Origin: an uncultured delta proteobacterium
GTDB taxonomy: Bacteria > Desulfobacterota > Binatia > Binatales > Binataceae
Length of the DNA: 64,000 nt
Assembly: GCA_963808235.1 (NCBI GenBank)
Contig: CAWEEQ010000004.1
Location: 1,888,001-1,952,000, forward strand
Direction: 5' to 3'
The notes under the pieces are model-generated. The model searched no databases. It was not told the origin of the DNA and saw only the letters and a program-made list of their open reading frames with translations. The translations under genes were made by a program, and so were the position numbers. Below are positions 63,243-64,000 of this stretch, piece by piece (within the stretch, counting starts at the first letter, position 1; the number at the start of each line of letters is the position of its first letter).

Positions 63243-64000
63243 TTACTCCGCGTTTGGCGCGACATGGCCTGGATCGTTCACCGCGCGCAGCTCGGGGAAA
63301 AGCCACCACCAGATCCCGACCACTGCCAAAGTCCCGATACCTCCGACAACAACCGACGGAACCGTCCCGAACCATTGCGCGGTAACACCGGACTCAAACC
63401 CACCAAGTTGATTCGAGGCGCCTATGAACAGCCGATCCACCGCGCTGACCCTACCGCGCATCGAATCGGGAGTCGCAAGCTGCAGCACCGTACCGCGAAC
63501 ATAGACGCTAACCATGTCGGCGCCGCCGAGCACGGTCAACATGGCAACCGAAAGCATGAAGTGCCGCGACAACCCGAACGCGATGGTTGCGAGCCCGAAG
63601 AGCGCAACGCATGCGAACATGGCGGCGCCGGAGTTCCGCCGCAGCGGAGCTCGGCCGAGCCTGATTCCGATCAGAGTCGCGCCGAGTGCCGGCGCACCAA
63701 GCAAGACCCCGAGCCCCGCGGGTCCGACGTGCAAAATGTCGCGAGCATAGACAGGCAGGAGCGCGGTCGCACCGCCTAGCAGTACGGCAAAAAGGTCAAG
63801 AGAAATTGAGCCAAGAATTAGGCGGTGCCGGCGCACATAGGAGACTCCCGCCGTGAGCGCCACGAGCCCCGTTCCTGCTGATCGTTCGAGACGTTCTCGA
63901 TTGGGTGAGCGAATCAATGTCCAGCCGATCGCGCTGGCGAGAAATAGCGCCCCGCAGACGCTGTACGCGACGACCGGTCCCAGCAGGTAGAGCGCTCCGC
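63243..64000 (-). CDS. MFS transporter (3' part; starts outside window)
   Basis: SLDLFAVLLGGATALLPVYARDIL, MRGRVSAV, SNQLGGFESG; frame open to window edge. Confidence 0.88.
   Translation of the reverse strand, partial: GALYLLGPVVAYSVCGALFLASAIGWTLIRSPNRERLERSAGTGLVALTAGVSYVRRHRLILGSISLDLFAVLLGGATALLPVYARDILHVGPAGLGVLLGAPALGATLIGIRLGRAPLRRNSGAAMFACVALFGLATIAFGLSRHFMLSVAMLTVLGGADMVSVYVRGTVLQLATPDSMRGRVSAVDRLFIGASNQLGGFESGVTAQWFGTVPSVVVGGIGTLAVVGIWWWLFPELRAVNDPGHVAPNAE

Overview
GC-rich bacterial chromosomal segment made mostly of core genes. The gene order resembles delta-proteobacteria-like lineages (possibly Ca. Binatota; inference only). In order it holds: a GldA/F/G-type ABC transporter, polA, an ECF sigma/ZAS anti-sigma operon, a UbiA prenyltransferase, a minus-strand trpEGDCFBA-accD-folC-lptD cluster, SPOR-argS, recD2, MATE, glycosyltransferases, a KimA-like transporter, folD opposite gcvT-gcvPA-gcvPB, mobA, several hydrolases/oxidoreductases, and mutS-amiA-glnD-xerD-S2P-scpA-scpB. 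Main observations not explained by the ORF track: (1) an 846-bp unit carrying a nucleoside deaminase gene, bounded by a 48-bp direct repeat that duplicates the polA promoter and start codon; (2) an unannotated Trp leader peptide (MELKSRNVCAGWWRW...) with an attenuator upstream of trpE; (3) a small accessory patch (7.7-10.2 kb) with an Nmad3-like gene, REP-like palindromes and GTGTCTCA-type inverted-repeat remnants; (4) six frameshifts in five genes, including folC and folD, most likely assembly indels. No rRNA, tRNA, CRISPR array or transposase was recognised.
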